Source: Eledone cirrhosa (lineage: Eukaryota). Taken from it: DNA of 64,000 nt. A model generated the notes under the pieces. That model was not told the DNA's origin, ran no database searches, and saw nothing but the letters and a program-made list of their open reading frames with translations. The stretch covers positions 9,114,001 through 9,178,000 of the forward strand of contig OZ024749.1 of assembly GCA_964016885.1 (NCBI GenBank). The letters run 5' to 3'. Position numbers and translations under genes: made by a program. This document shows positions 1 through 16,377 of this stretch, piece by piece. How positions within the stretch are numbered: the first letter of the stretch is position 1; every line of letters starts with the position of its first letter.

Positions 1-2526
1 CACCAGGTCAACCGTGTTACAAGGTATAGTACACACTAGTTGACCAGGTCAACTGTGTTACAAGTAATAGTACACACTAGTTCACCGGGTCAACTGTGTT
101 ACAAGATATAGTACAGACTAGTTCACCGGGTCAACTGTGTTACAAGATATAATACACACTAGTTCACCAGGTCAACTGTGTTACAATTTATAGTACACAC
201 TAGTTCACCGGGTCAACTGTGTTACAAGATATAGTACAGACTAGTTCACCGGGTCAACTGTGTTACAAGATATAATACACACTAGTTCACCAGGTCAACT
301 GTGTTACAAGATATAGTACACACTAGTTCACTAGGTCAACTGTGGTAAAATATATAGTACACACTAATTCACCAGGTCAACTGTGTTACAAGGTGTAGTA
401 CACACTAGTTCACCAGGTCAACTTTGTTACAAGTTATAGTACACACTAGTTCACCAGGTCGACTGTGTTACAAGATATAGTACACACTAGTTCACCAGGT
501 CAACCATGTTACAAGATATAGTACACACTAGTTCACCAGGTCAACTGTGTTACAAGATATAGTACACACTAGTTCACCAGGTCAACTGTGTTACAAGATA
601 TAGTACACACTAGTTCACCAGGTCAACTGTGTTACAAGATATAGTACACACTAATTCACTAGGTCAACTGTGTCACAAGGTATAGTACACACTAGTTCAC
701 CAGGTCAACTGTGTTACAAGGTATAGTACACACCAGTTCACCAGGTCAACTGTGTTACAAGTTATTATACACACTAGTTCACCAAGTCAACTGTGTTACA
801 AGGTATAGTACACACTAGTTCACCAGGTCAACCGTGTTACAAGGTATAGTACACACTAGTTCACTAGGTCAACTGTGGTACAATATATAGTACACACTAG
901 TTCACCAGGTCAACTGTGCTACAAGGTGTAGTACACACTAGTTTACCATGTCAACCTTGTTACAAGATATAGTACACACTAGTTCACCAGGTCGACTGTG
1001 TTACAAGATATAGTACACACTAGTTCACCAGGTCAACTATGTTACAAGATATAGTACACACTAGTTCACCAGGTCAACTGTGTTACAAGATATAGTACAC
1101 ACTAGTTCACCAGGTCAACTGTGTTACAAGATATAGTACACACTAGTTCACTAGGTCAACTGTGTCACAAGGTATAGTACACACTAGTTCACCAGGTCAA
1201 CTGTGTTACAAGGTCTAGTACACACTAGTTCACCAGGTCAACTGTATTACAAGTTATTATACACACTAGTTCACCAGGTCAACTGTGTTACAAGGTATAG
1301 TACACACTAGTTCACCAGGTCAACCGTGTTACAAGGTATAGTACACACTAGTTCACCACGTCAACCGTGTTACAAGGTATAGTACACACTAGTTCACCAG
1401 GTTCTAGTTCACCAGGTCAACTGTGTTACAAGGTATCGTACACACTAGATCACCAGGTCAATTGTGTTACAAGATATAGTACACACTAGTTCACCAGGTC
1501 AACTGTGTTACAATATATAGTACACACTAGTTCACCAGGTCAACTGTGTTACAAGATATAGTACACACTAGTTCGCCAGGTCAACTGTGTTACAAGATAT
1601 AGTACAGATTAGTTCACCAGGTCAACTGTGTTACAAGTTATAGTACACACTAGTTCACCAGGTCAACTCTGTTACAAGATATAGTACACACTAGATCACC
1701 AGGTCAACTGTGTTACAAGATATAGTACACACTAGTTCACCAGGTCAACTGTATTACAAGGTATAGTACACACTAGTTCACCAGGTCAACTGTGTTACAA
1801 AGTATAGTACACACTAGTTCACCAGGTCAACTGTGTTACAAGTTATAGTACACACTAGTTCACCAGGTCAACTGTGTTACAAGATATAGTACACACTAGT
1901 TCACCAGGTCAATTGTGTTACAAGATATAGTACACACTAGTTCACCAGGTCAACTATGTTACAAGATATAGTACACGCTAGTTCACCAGGTCAACCGTGT
2001 TACAAGGTATAGTACACACTAGTTGACCAGGTCAACTGTGTTACAAGTAATAGTACACACTAGTTCACCGGGTCAACTGTGTTACAAGATATAGTACACA
2101 CTAGTTCACCAGGTCAACTGTGTTACAAGATATAGTACACACTAGTTCACCAGGTCAACTATGTTACAAGATATAGTACACACTAGTTCACCAGGTCAAC
2201 TGTGTTACAAGATATAGTACACACTAGTTCACCAGGTCAACTGTGTTACAAGATATAGTACACACTAGTTCACCAGGTCAACTGTGTTACAAGATATAGT
2301 ACACACTAATTCACTAGGTCAACTGTGTCACAAGGTATAGTACACACTAGTTCACCAGGTCAACTGTGTTACAAGGTATAGTACACACTAGTTCACCAGG
2401 TCAACTGTGTTACAAGTTATTATACACACTAGTTCACCAGGTCAACTGTGCTACAAGGTGTAGTACACACTAGTTTACCATGTCAACCTTGTTACAAGAT
2501 ATAGTACACACTAGTTCACCAGTTCG

Positions 2527-5500
2527 ACTGTGTTACAAGATATAGTACACACTAGTTCACCAGGTCAACTATGTTACAAGATATAGTACACACTAGTTCA
2601 CTAGGTCAACTGTGTCACAAGGTATAGTACACACTAGTTCACCAGGTCAACTGTGTTACAAGGTATAGTACACACTAGTTCACCAGGTCAACTGTATTAC
2701 AAGTTATTATACACACTAGTTCACCAGGTCAACTGTGTTACAAGGTATAGTACACACTAGTTCACCAGGTCAACCGTGTTACAAGGTATAGTACACACTA
2801 GTTCACCAGGTCAACCGTGTTACAAGGTATAGTACACACTAGTTCACCAGGTCAACTGTGTTACAAGGTATCGTACACACTAGATCACCAGGTCAACTGT
2901 GTTACAAGATATAGTACAGTCTAGTTCACCAGGTTAACAGTGTTACAAGATATAGTACACACTAGATCACCAGGTCAACTGTGTTACAAGATATAGTACA
3001 CACTAGTTCACCAGGTCAACTGTGTTACAATATATAGTACACACTAGTTCACCAGGTCAACTGTGTTACAAGATATAGTACACACTAGTTCACCAGGTCA
3101 ACTGTGTTACAAGATATAGTACAGACTAGTTCACCAGGTCAACTGTGTTACAAGTTATAGTACACACTAGTTCACCAGGTCAACTGTGTTACAAGATATA
3201 GTACACACTAGATCACCAGGTCAACTGTGTTACAAGATATAGTACACACTAGTTCACCAGGTCAACTGTATTACAAGGTATAGTACACACTAGTTCACCA
3301 GGTCAACTGTGTTACAATATATAGTACACACTAGTTCACCAGGTCAACTGTGTTACAAAGTATAGTACACACTAGTTCACCAGGTCAACTGTGTTACATG
3401 TTATAGTACACACTAGTTCACCAGTTCAACTGTGTTACAAGGTATAGTACACACTAGTTCACCAGGTCAACTGTGTTACAACATATAGTACACACTAGTT
3501 CACCAGGTCAAATGTGTTACAATGTATAGTACACACTAGTTCACCAGGTCAACTGTGTTACAAGATATAGTACACACTAGTTCACCAGGTCAACTGTGTT
3601 ACAAGATATAGTACACACTAGTTCACCAGGTCAACTATGTTACAAGATATAGTACACACTAGATCACCGGGTCAACCGTGTTACAAGGTATAGTACACAC
3701 TAGTTGACCAGGTCAACTGTCTTACAAGTTATAGTACACACTAGTTCACCAGGTGAACTGTGTTACAAGATATAGTACACACTAGTTCACCAGGTCAACT
3801 GTGTTACAAGATATAGTACACACTAGTTGACCAGGTCAACTATGTTACAAGATATAGTACACACTAGTTCACCAGGTCAACCGTGTTACAAGGTATAGTA
3901 CACACTAGTTGACCAGGTCAACTGTGTTACAAGTAATAGTACACACTAGTTCACCGGGTCAACTGTGTTACAAGATATAGTACAGACTAGTTCACCGGGT
4001 CAACTGTGTTACAAGATATAATACACACTAGTTCACCAGGTCAACTGTGTTACAAGTTATAGTACACACTAGTTCACCGGGTCAACTGTGTTACAAGATA
4101 TAGTACAGACTAGTTCACCGGGTCAACTGTGTTACAAGATATAATACACACTAGTTCACCAGGTCAACTGTGTGACAAGATATAGTACACACTAGTTCAC
4201 TAGGTCAACTGTGGTACAATATATAGTACACACTAATTCACCAGGTCAACTGTGTTACAAGGTGTAGTACACACTAGTTCACCAGGTCAACTTTGTTACA
4301 AGTTATAGTACACACTAGTTCACCAGGTCGACTGTGTTACAAGATATAGTACACACTAGTTCACCAGGTCAACTATGTTACAAGATATAGTACACACTAG
4401 TTCACCAGGTCAACTGTGTTACAAGATATAGTACACACTAGTTCACCAGGTCAACTGTGTTACAAGATATAGTACACACTAGTTCACCAGGTCAACTGTG
4501 TTACAAGATATAGTACACACTAATTCACTAGGTCAACTGTGTCACAAGGTATAGTACACACTAGTTCACCAGGTCAACTGTGTTACAAGGTATAGTACAC
4601 ACTAGTTCACCAGGTCAACTGTGTTACAAGTTATTATACACACTAGTTCACCAGGTCAACTGTGTTACAAGGTATAGTACACACTAGTTCACTAGGTCAA
4701 CTGTGGTACAATATATAGTACACACTAGTTCACCAGGTCAACTGTGCTACAATGTGTAGTACACACTAGTTTACCATGTCAACCTTGTTACAAGATATAG
4801 TACACACTAGTTCACCAGGTCGACTGTGTTACAAGATATAGTACACACTAGTTCACCAGGTCAACTATGTTACAAGATATAGTACACACTAGTTCACCAG
4901 GTCAACTGTGTTACAAGATATAGTACACACTAGTTCACCAGGTCAACTGTGTTACAAGATATAGTACACACTAGTTCACTAGGTCAACTGTGTCACAAGG
5001 TATAGTACACACTAGTTCACCAGGTCAACTGTGTTACAAGGTCTAGTACACACTAGTTCACCAGGTCAACTGTATTACAAGTTATTATACACACTAGTTC
5101 ACCAGGTCAACTGTGTTACAAGGTATAGTACACACTAGTTCACCAGGTCAACCGTGTTACAAGGTATAGTACACACTAGTTCACCAGGTCAACCGTGTTA
5201 CAAGGTATAGTACACACTAGTTCACCAGATTCTAGTTCACCAGGTCAACTGTGTTACAAGGTATCGTACACACTAGATCACCAGGTCAACTGTGTTACAA
5301 GATATAGTACACACTAGTTCACCAGGTCAACTGTGTTACAATATATAGTACACACTAGTTCACCAGGTCAACTGTGTTACAAGATATAGTACACACTAGT
5401 TCGCCAGGTCAACTGTGTTACAAGATATAGTACAGACTAGTTCACCAGGTCAACTGTGTTACAAGTTATAGTACACACTAGTTCACCAGGTCAACTCTGT

Positions 5501-8500
5501 TACAAGATATAGTACACACTAGATCACCAGGTCAACTGTGTTACAAGATATAGTACACACTAGTTCACCAGGTCAACTGTATTACAAGGTATAGTACACA
5601 CTAGTTCACCAGGTCAACTGTGTTACAAAGTATAGTACACACTAGTTCACCAGGTCAACTGTGTTACAAGTTATAGTACACACTAGTTCACCAGGTCAAC
5701 TGTGTTACAAGATATAGTACACACTAGTTCACCAGGTCAATTGTGTTACAAGATATAGTACACACTAGTTCGCCAGGTCAACTATGTTACAAGATATAGT
5801 ACACACTAGTTGACCAGGTCAACTGTGTTACAAGTAATAGTACACACTAGTTCACCGGGTCAACTGTGTTACAAGATATAGTACAGACTAGTTCACCTGG
5901 TCAACTGTGTTACAAGATATAATACACACTAGTTCACCAGGTCAACTGTGTTACAAGATATAGTACAGACTAGTTCACCGGGTCAACTGTGTTACAAGAT
6001 ATAGTACACACTAGTTCACCAGGTCAACTGTGTTACAAGTTATTATACACACTAGTTCACCAGGTCAACTGTGTTACACACTAGTACACTAGTTCACCAG
6101 GTCAACTGTGCTACAAGGTGTAGTACACACTAGTTTACCATGTCAACCTTGTTACAAGATATAGTACGCACTAGTTCACCAGGTCGACTGTGTTACAAGA
6201 TATAGTACACACTAGTTCACCAGGTCAACTATGTTACAAGATATAGTACACATTAGTTCACCAGGTCAACTGTGTTACAAGATATAGTACACACTAGTTC
6301 ACCAGGTCAACTGTGTTACAAGATATAGTACACACTAGTTCACCAGGTCAACTGTGTTACAAGATATAGTACACACTAGTTCACTAGGTCAACTGTGTTA
6401 CAAGATATAGTACAGACTAGTTCACCGGGTCAACTGTGTTACAAGATATAGTACACACTAGTTCACCAGGTCAACTGTGTTACAAGATATAGTACACACT
6501 AGTTCACTAGGTCAACTGTGGTACAATATAGTACAAGATATAGTACACACTAGTTCACCAGGTCAACTATGTTACAAGATATAGTACACACTAGTTCACC
6601 AGGTCAACTGTGTTACAAGATATAGTACACACTAGTTCACCAGGTCAACTGTGTTACAAGGTATCGTACACACTAGATCACCAGGTCAACTGTGTTACAA
6701 GATATAGTACAGTCTAGTTCACCAGGTTAACAGTGTTACAAGATATAGTACACACTAGTTCACTAGGTCAACTGTGTCACAAGGTATAGTACACACTAGT
6801 TCACCAGGTCAACTGTGTTACAAGGTATAGTACACACTAGTTCACCAGGTCAACTGTATTACAAGTTATTATACACACTAGTTCACCAGGTCAACTGTGT
6901 TACAAGGTATAGTACACACTAGTTCACCAGGTCAACCGTGTTACAAGGTATAGTACACATTAGTTCACCAGGTCAACCGTGTTACAAGGTATAGTACACA
7001 CTAGTTCACCAGGTCAACTGTGTTACAAGGTATCGTACACACTAGATCACCAGGTCAACTGTGTTACAAGATATAGTACAGTCTAGTTCACCAGGTTAAC
7101 AGTGTTATAAGATATAGTACACACTAGATCACCAGGTCAACTGTGTTACAAGATATAGTACACACTAGTTCACCAGGTCAACTGTGTTACAATATATAGT
7201 ACACACTAGTTCACCAGGTCAACTGTGTTACAAGATATAGTACACACTAGTTCACCAAGTCAACTGTGTTACAAGTTATAGTACACACTAGTTCACCAGG
7301 TCAACTGTGTTACAAGATATAGTACACACTAGATCACCAGGTCAACTGTGTTACAAGATATAGTACACACTAGTTCACCAGGTCAACTATGTTACAAGAT
7401 ATAGTACACACTAGTTCACTAGGTCAACTGTGTCACAAGGTATAGTACACACTAGTTCACCAGGTCAACTGTGTTACAAGGTATAGTACACACTAGTTCA
7501 CCAGGTCAACTGTATTACAAGTTATTATACACACTAGTTCACCAGGTCAACTGTGTTACAAGGTATAGTACACACTAGTTCACCATGTCAACCGTGTTAC
7601 AAGGTATAGTACACACTAGTTCACCAGGTCAACCGTGTTACAAGGTATAGTACACACTAGTTCACCAGGTCAACTGTGTTACAAGGTATCGTACACACTA
7701 GATCACCAGGTCAACTGTGTTACAAGATATAGTACAGTCTAGTTCACCAGGTTAACAGTGTTACAAGATATAGTACACACTAGATCACCAGGTCAACTGT
7801 GTTACAAGATATAGTACACACTAGTTCACCAGGTCAACTGTGTTACAATATATAGTACACACTAGTTCACCAGGTCAACTGTGTTACAAGATATAGTACA
7901 CACTAGTTCACCAGGTCAACTGTGTTACAAGATATAGTACAGACTAGTTCACCAGGTCAACTGTGTTACAAGTTATAGTACACACTAGTTCACCAGGTCA
8001 ACTGTGTTACAAGATATAGTACACACTAGATCACCAGGTCAACTGTGTTACAAGATATAGTACACACTAGTTCACCAGGTCAACTGTATTACAAGGTATA
8101 GTACACACTAGTTCACCAGGTCAACTGTGTTACAATATATAGTACACACTAGTTCACCAGGTCAACTGTGTTACAAAGTATAGTACACACTAGTTCACCA
8201 GGTCAACTGTGTTACATGTTATAGTACACACTAGTTCACCAGTTCAACTGTGTTACAAGGTATAGTACACACTAGTTCACCAGGTCAACTGTGTTACAAC
8301 ATATAGTACACACTAGTTCACCAGGTCAAATGTGTTACAATGTATAGTACACACTAGTTCACCAGGTCAACTGTGTTACAAGATATAGTACACACTAGTT
8401 CACCAGGTCAACTGTGTTACAAGATATAGTACACACTAGTTCACCAGGTCAACTATGTTACAAGATATAGTACACACTAGATCACCGGGTCAACCGTGTT

Positions 8501-11500
8501 ACAAGGTATAGTACACACTAGTTGACCAGGTCAACTGTCTTACAAGTTATAGTACACACTAGTTCACCAGGTGAACTGTGTTACAAGATATAGTACACAC
8601 TAGTTCACCAGGTCAACTGTGTTACAAGATATAGTACACACTAGTTGACCAGGTCAACTATGTTACAAGATATAGTACACACTAGTTCACCAGGTCAACC
8701 GTGTTACAAGGTATAGTACACACTAGTTGACCAGGTCAACTGTGTTACAAGTAATAGTACACACTAGTTCACCGGGTCAACTGTGTTACAAGATATAGTA
8801 CAGACTAGTTCACCGGGTCAACTGTGTTACAAGATATAATACACACTAGTTCACCAGGTCAACTGTGTTACAAGTTATAGTACACACTAGTTCACCGGGT
8901 CAACTGTGTTACAAGATATAGTACAGACTAGTTCACCGGGTCAACTGTGTTACAAGATATAATACACACTAGTTCACCAGGTCAACTGTGTGACAAGATA
9001 TAGTACACACTAGTTCACTAGGTCAACTGTGGTACAATATATAGTACACACTAATTCACCAGGTCAACTGTGTTACAAGGTGTAGTACACACTAGTTCAC
9101 CAGGTCAACTTTGTTACAAGTTATAGTACACACTAGTTCACCAGGTCGACTGTGTTACAAGATATAGTACACACTAGTTCACCAGGTCAACTATGTTACA
9201 AGATATAGTACACACTAGTTCACCAGGTCAACTGTGTTACAAGATATAGTACACACTAGTTCACCAGGTCAACTGTGTTACAAGATATAGTACACACTAG
9301 TTCACCAGGTCAACTGTGTTACAAGATATAGTACACACTAATTCACTAGGTCAACTGTGTCACAAGGTATAGTACACACTAGTTCACCAGGTCAACTGTG
9401 TTACAAGGTATAGTACACACTAGTTCACCAGGTCAACTGTGTTACAAGTTATTATACACACTAGTTCACCAGGTCAACTGTGTTACAAGGTATAGTACAC
9501 ACTAGTTCACTAGGTCAACTGTGGTACAATATATAGTACACACTAGTTCACCAGGTCAACTGTGCTACAATGTGTAGTACACACTAGTTTACCATGTCAA
9601 CCTTGTTACAAGATATAGTACACACTAGTTCACCAGGTCGACTGTGTTACAAGATATAGTACACACTAGTTCACCAGGTCAACTATGTTACAAGATATAG
9701 TACACACTAGTTCACCAGGTCAACTGTGTTACAAGATATAGTACACACTAGTTCACCAGGTCAACTGTGTTACAAGATATAGTACACACTAGTTCACTAG
9801 GTCAACTGTGTCACAAGGTATAGTACACACTAGTTCACCAGGTCAACTGTGTTACAAGGTCTAGTACACACTAGTTCACCAGGTCAACTGTATTACAAGT
9901 TATTATACACACTAGTTCACCAGGTCAACTGTGTTACAAGGTATAGTACACACTAGTTCACCAGGTCAACCGTGTTACAAGGTATAGTACACACTAGTTC
10001 ACCAGGTCAACCGTGTTACAAGGTATAGTACACACTAGTTCACCAGATTCTAGTTCACCAGGTCAACTGTGTTACAAGGTATCGTACACACTAGATCACC
10101 AGGTCAACTGTGTTACAAGATATAGTACACACTAGTTCACCAGATCAACTGTGTTACAATATATAGTACACACTAGTTCACCAGGTCAACTGTGTTACAA
10201 GATATAGTACACACTAGTTCGCCAGGTCAACTGTGTTACAAGATATAGTACAGACTAGTTCACCAGGTCAACTGTGTTACAAGTTATAGTACACACTAGT
10301 TCACCAGGTCAAATCTGTTACAAGATATAGTACACACTAGATCACCAGGTCAACTGTGTTACAAGATATAGTACACACTAGTTCACCAGGTCAACTGTAT
10401 TACAAGGTATAGTACACACTAGTTCACCAGGTCAACTGTGTTACAAAGTATAGTACACACTAGTTCACCAGGTCAACTGTGTTACAAGTTATAGTACACA
10501 CTAGTTCACCAGGTCAACTGTGTTACAAGATATAGTACACACTAGTTCACCAGGTCAATTGTGTTACAAGATATAGTACACACTAGTTCGCCAGGTCAAC
10601 TATGTTACAAGATATAGTACACACTAGTTGACCAGGTCAACTGTGTTACAAGTAATAGTACACACTAGTTCACCGGGTCAACTGTGTTACAAGATATAGT
10701 ACAGACTAGTTCACCTGGTCAACTGTGTTACAAGATATAATACACACTAGTTCACCAGGTCAACTGTGTTACAAGATATAGTACAGACTAGTTCACCGGG
10801 TCAACTGTGTTACAAGATATAGTACACACTAGTTCACCAGGTCAACTGTGTTACAAGTTATTATACACACTAGTTCACCAGGTCAACTGTGTTACACACT
10901 AGTACACTAGTTCACCAGGTCAACTGTGCTACAAGGTGTAGTACACACTAGTTTACCATGTCAACCTTGTTACAAGATATAGTACGCACTAGTTCACCAG
11001 GTCGACTGTGTTACAAGATATAGTACACACTAGTTCACCAGGTCAACTATGTTACAAGATATAGTACACATTAGTTCACCAGGTCAACTGTGTTACAAGA
11101 TATAGTACACACTAGTTCACCAGGTCAACTGTGTTACAAGATATAGTACACACTAGTTCACCAGGTCAACTGTGTTACAAGATATAGTACACACTAGTTC
11201 ACTAGGTCAACTGTGTTACAAGATATAGTACAGACTAGTTCACCGGGTCAACTGTGTTACAAGATATAGTACACACTAGTTCACCAGGTCAACTGTGTTA
11301 CAAGATATAGTACACACTAGTTCACTAGGTCAACTGTGGTACAATATAGTACAAGATATAGTACACACTAGTTCACCAGGTCAACTATGTTACAAGATAT
11401 AGTACACACTAGTTCACCAGGTCAACTGTGTTACAAGATATAGTACACACTAGTTCACCAGGTCAACTGTGTTACAAGGTATCGTACACACTAGATCACC

Positions 11501-12206
11501 AGGTCAACTGTGTTACAAGATATAGTACAGTCTAGTTCACCAGGTTAACAGTGTTACAAGATATAGTACACACTAGTTCACTAGGTCAACTGTGTCACAA
11601 GGTATAGTACACACTAGTTCACCAGGTCAACTGTGTTACAAGGTATAGTACACACTAGTTCACCAGGTCAACTGTATTACAAGTTATTATACACACTAGT
11701 TCACCAGGTCAACTGTGTTACAAGGTATAGTACACACTAGTTCACCAGGTCAACCGTGTTACAAGGTATAGTACACATTAGTTCACCAGGTCAACCGTGT
11801 TACAAGGTATAGTACACACTAGTTCACCAGGTCAACTGTGTTACAAGGTATCGTACACACTAGATCACCAGGTCAACTGTGTTACAAGATATAGTACAGT
11901 CTAGTTCACCAGGTTAACAGTGTTATAAGATATAGTACACACTAGATCACCAGGTCAACTGTGTTACAAGATATAGTACACACTAGTTCACCAGGTCAAC
12001 TGTGTTACAATATATAGTACACACTAGTTCACCAGGTCAACTGTGTTACAAGATATAGTACACACTAGTTCACCAAGTCAACTGTGTTACAAGTTATAGT
12101 ACACACTAGTTCACCAGGTCAACTGTGTTACAAGATATAGTACACACTAGATCACCAGGTCAACTGTGTTACAAGATATAGTACACACTAGTTCACCAGG
12201 TCAACT
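2527..12206 (+). repeat. Higher-order tandem duplication, period 4818 bp (118 monomers)
   Basis: Marker caccagattctag has its G at 5228 and 10046, an offset of 4818 = 115x41+15+37+51. The order of variant monomers is shared between copies. Boundaries are approximate. Confidence 0.9.
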
Positions 12207-12258
12207 GTATTACAAGGTATAGTACACACTAGTTCACCAGGTCAACTGTGTTACAATA

Positions 12259-15200
12259 TATAGTACACACTAGATCACCAGGTCAACTGTGTTACAAGAT
12301 ATAGTACACACTAGTTCACCAGGTCAACTGTATTACAAGGTATAGTACACACTAGTTCACCAGGTTCTAGTTCTCCAGGTCAACTGTGTTACAAGGTATT
12401 GTACACACTAGATCACCAGGTCAACTGTGTTACAAGATATAGTACACACTAGTTCACCAGGTCAACTGTGTTACAATATATAGTACACACTAGTTCACCA
12501 GGTCAACTGTGTTACAAGATATAGTACACACTAGTTCACCAGGTCAACTGTGTTACAAGATATAGTACAGACTAGTTCACCAGGTCAACTGTGTTACAAG
12601 TTATAGTACACACTAGTTCACCAGGTCAACTCTGTTACAAGATATAGTACACACTAGATCACCAGGTCAACTGTGTTACAAGATATAGTACACACGAGTT
12701 CACCAGGTCAACTGTATTACAAGGTATAGTACACACTAGTTCACCAGGTCAACTGTGTTACAAAGTATAGTACACACTAGTTCACCAGGTCAACTGTGTT
12801 ACAAGTTATAGTACACACTAGTTCCCCAGGTCAACTGTGTTACAAGATATAGTACACACTAGTTCACCAGGTCAATTGTGTTACAAGATATAGTACACAC
12901 TAGTTCACCAGGTCAACTATGTTACAAGATATAGTACACGCTAGTTCACCAGGTCAACCGTGTTACAAGGTATAGTACACACTAGTTGACCAGGTCAACT
13001 GTGTTACAAGTAATAGTACACACTAGTTCACCGGGTCAACTGTGTTACAAGATATAGTACAGACTAGTTCACCGGGTCAACTGTGTTACAAGATATAATA
13101 CACACTAGTTCACCAGGTCAACTGTGTTACAAGTTATAGTACACACTAGTTCACCGGGTCAACTGTGTTACAAGATATAGTACAGACTAGTTCACCGGGT
13201 CAACTGTGTTACAAGATATAGTACACACTAGTTCACCAGGTCAACTGTGTTACAAGATATAGTACACACTAGTTCACTAGGTCAACTGTGGTACAATATA
13301 TAGTACACACTAGTTCACCAGGTCAACTGTGTTACAAGGTGTAGTACACACTAGTTTACCATGTCAACCTTGTTACAAGATATAGTACACACTAGTTCAC
13401 CAGGTCGACTGTGTTACAAGATATAGTACACACTAGTTCACCAGGTCAACTATGTTACAAGATATAGTACACACTAGTTCACCAGGTCAACTGTGTTACA
13501 AGATATAGTACACACTAGTTCACCAGGTCAACTGTGTTACAAGATATAGTACACACTAGTTCACTAGGTCAACTGTCTCACAAGGTATAGTACACACTAG
13601 TTCACCAGGTCAACTGTGTTACAAGGTATAGTACACACTAGATCACCAGGTCAACTGTGTTACAAGATATAGTACACACTAGTTCACCAGGTCAACTGTA
13701 TTACAAGGTATAGTACACACTAGTTCACCAGGTTCTAGTTCTCCAGGTCAACTGTGTTACAAGGTATTGTACACACTAGATCACCAGGTCAACTGTGTTA
13801 CAAGATATAGTACACACTAGTTCACCAGGTCAACTGTGTTACAATATATAGTACACACTAGTTCACCAGGTCAACTGTGTTACAAGATATAGTACACACT
13901 AGTTCACCAGGTCAACTGTGTTACAATATATAGTACAGACTAGTTCACCAGGTCAACTGTGTTACAAGTTATAGTACACACTAGTTCACCAGGTCAACTC
14001 TGTTACAAGATATAGTACACACTAGATCACCAGGTCAACTGTGTTACAAGATATAGTACACACGAGTTCACCAGGTCAACTGTATTACAAGGTATAGTAC
14101 ACACTAGTTCACCAGGTCAACTGTGTTACAAAGTATAGTACACACTAGTTCACCAGGTCAACTGTGTTACAAGTTATAGTACACACTAGTTCCCCAGGTC
14201 AACTGTGTTACAAGATATAGTACACACTAGTTCACCAGGTCAATTGTGTTACAAGATATAGTACACACTAGTTCACCAGGTCAACTATGTTACAAGATAT
14301 AGTACACGCTAGTTCACCAGGTCAACCGTGTTACAAGGTATAGTACACACTAGTTGACCAGGTCAACTGTGTTACAAGTAATAGTACACACTAGTTCACC
14401 GGGTCAACTGTGTTACAAGATATAGTACAGACTAGTTCACCGGGTCAACTGTGTTACAAGATATAATACACACTAGTTCACCAGGTCAACTGTGTTACAA
14501 GTTATAGTACACACTAGTTCACCGGGTCAACTGTGTTACAAGATATAGTACAGACTAGTTCACCGGGTCAACTGTGTTACAAGATATAGTACACACTAGT
14601 TCACCAGGTCAACTGTGTTACAAGATATAGTACACACTAGTTCACTAGGTCAACTGTGGTACAATATATAGTACACACTAGTTCACCAGGTCAACTGTGT
14701 TACAAGGTGTAGTACACACTAGTTTACCATGTCAACCTTGTTACAAGATATAGTACACACTAGTTCACCAGGTCGACTGTGTTACAAGATATAGTACACA
14801 CTAGTTCACCAGGTCAACTATGTTACAAGATATAGTACACACTAGTTCACCAGGTCAACTGTGTTACAAGATATAGTACACACTAGTTCACCAGGTCAAC
14901 TGTGTTACAAGATATAGTACACACTAGTTCACTAGGTCAACTGTCTCACAAGGTATAGTACACACTAGTTCACCAGGTCAACTGTGTTACAAGGTATAGT
15001 ACACACTAGATCACCAGGTCAACTGTGTTACAAGATATAGTACACACTAGTTCACCAGGTCAACTGTATTACAAGGTATAGTACACACTAGTTCACCAGG
15101 TTCTAGTTCTCCAGGTCAACTGTGTTACAAGGTATTGTACACACTAGATCACCAGGTCAACTGTGTTACAAGATATAGTACACACTAGTTCACCAGGTCA

Positions 15201-16377
15201 ACTGTGTTACAATATATAGTACACACTAGTTCACCAGGTCAACTGTGTTACAAGATATAGTACACACTAGTTCACCAGGTCAACTGTGTTACAATATATA
15301 GTACAGACTAGTTCACCAGGTCAACTGTGTTACAAGTTATAGTACACACTAGTTCACCAGGTCAACTCTGTTACAAGATATAGTACACACTAGATCACCA
15401 GGTCAACTGTGTTACAAGATATAGTACACACGAGTTCACCAGGTCAACTGTATTACAAGGTATAGTACACACTAGTTCACCAGGTCAACTGTGTTACAAA
15501 GTATAGTACACACTAGTTCACCAGGTCAACTGTGTTACAAGTTATAGTACACACTAGTTCCCCAGGTCAACTGTGTTACAAGATATAGTACACACTAGTT
15601 CACCAGGTCAATTGTGTTACAAGATATAGTACACACTAGTTCACCAGGTCAACTATGTTACAAGATATAGTACACGCTAGTTCACCAGGTCAACCGTGTT
15701 ACAAGGTATAGTACACACTAGTTGACCAGGTCAACTGTGTTACAAGTAATAGTACACACTAGTTCACCGGGTCAACTGTGTTACAAGATATAGTACAGAC
15801 TAGTTCACCGGGTCAACTGTGTTACAAGATATAATACACACTAGTTCACCAGGTCAACTGTGTTACAAGTTATAGTACACACTAGTTCACCGGGTCAACT
15901 GTGTTACAAGATATAGTACAGACTAGTTCACCGGGTCAACTGTGTTACAAGATATAGTACACACTAGTTCACCAGGTCAACTGTGTTACAAGATATAGTA
16001 CACACTAGTTCACTAGGTCAACTGTGGTACAATATATAGTACACACTAGTTCACCAGGTCAACTGTGTTACAAGGTGTAGTACACACTAGTTTACCATGT
16101 CAACCTTGTTACAAGATATAGTACACACTAGTTCACCAGGTCGACTGTGTTACAAGATATAGTACACACTAGTTCACCAGGTCAACTATGTTACAAGATA
16201 TAGTACACACTAGTTCACCAGGTCAACTGTGTTACAAGATATAGTACACACTAGTTCACCAGGTCAACTGTGTTACAAGATATAGTACACACTAGTTCAC
16301 TAGGTCAACTGTCTCGCAAGGTATAGTACACACTAGTTCACCAGGTCAACTGTGTTACAAGGTATAGTACACACTAG
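12259..16377 (+). repeat. Higher-order repeat, 3 x 1368 bp (34 monomers)
   Basis: ggttctagttctcc occurs at 12363, 13731 and 15099 (offset 1368 = 33x41+15). The private variant cacgagtt occurs once per copy. Confidence 0.92.
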
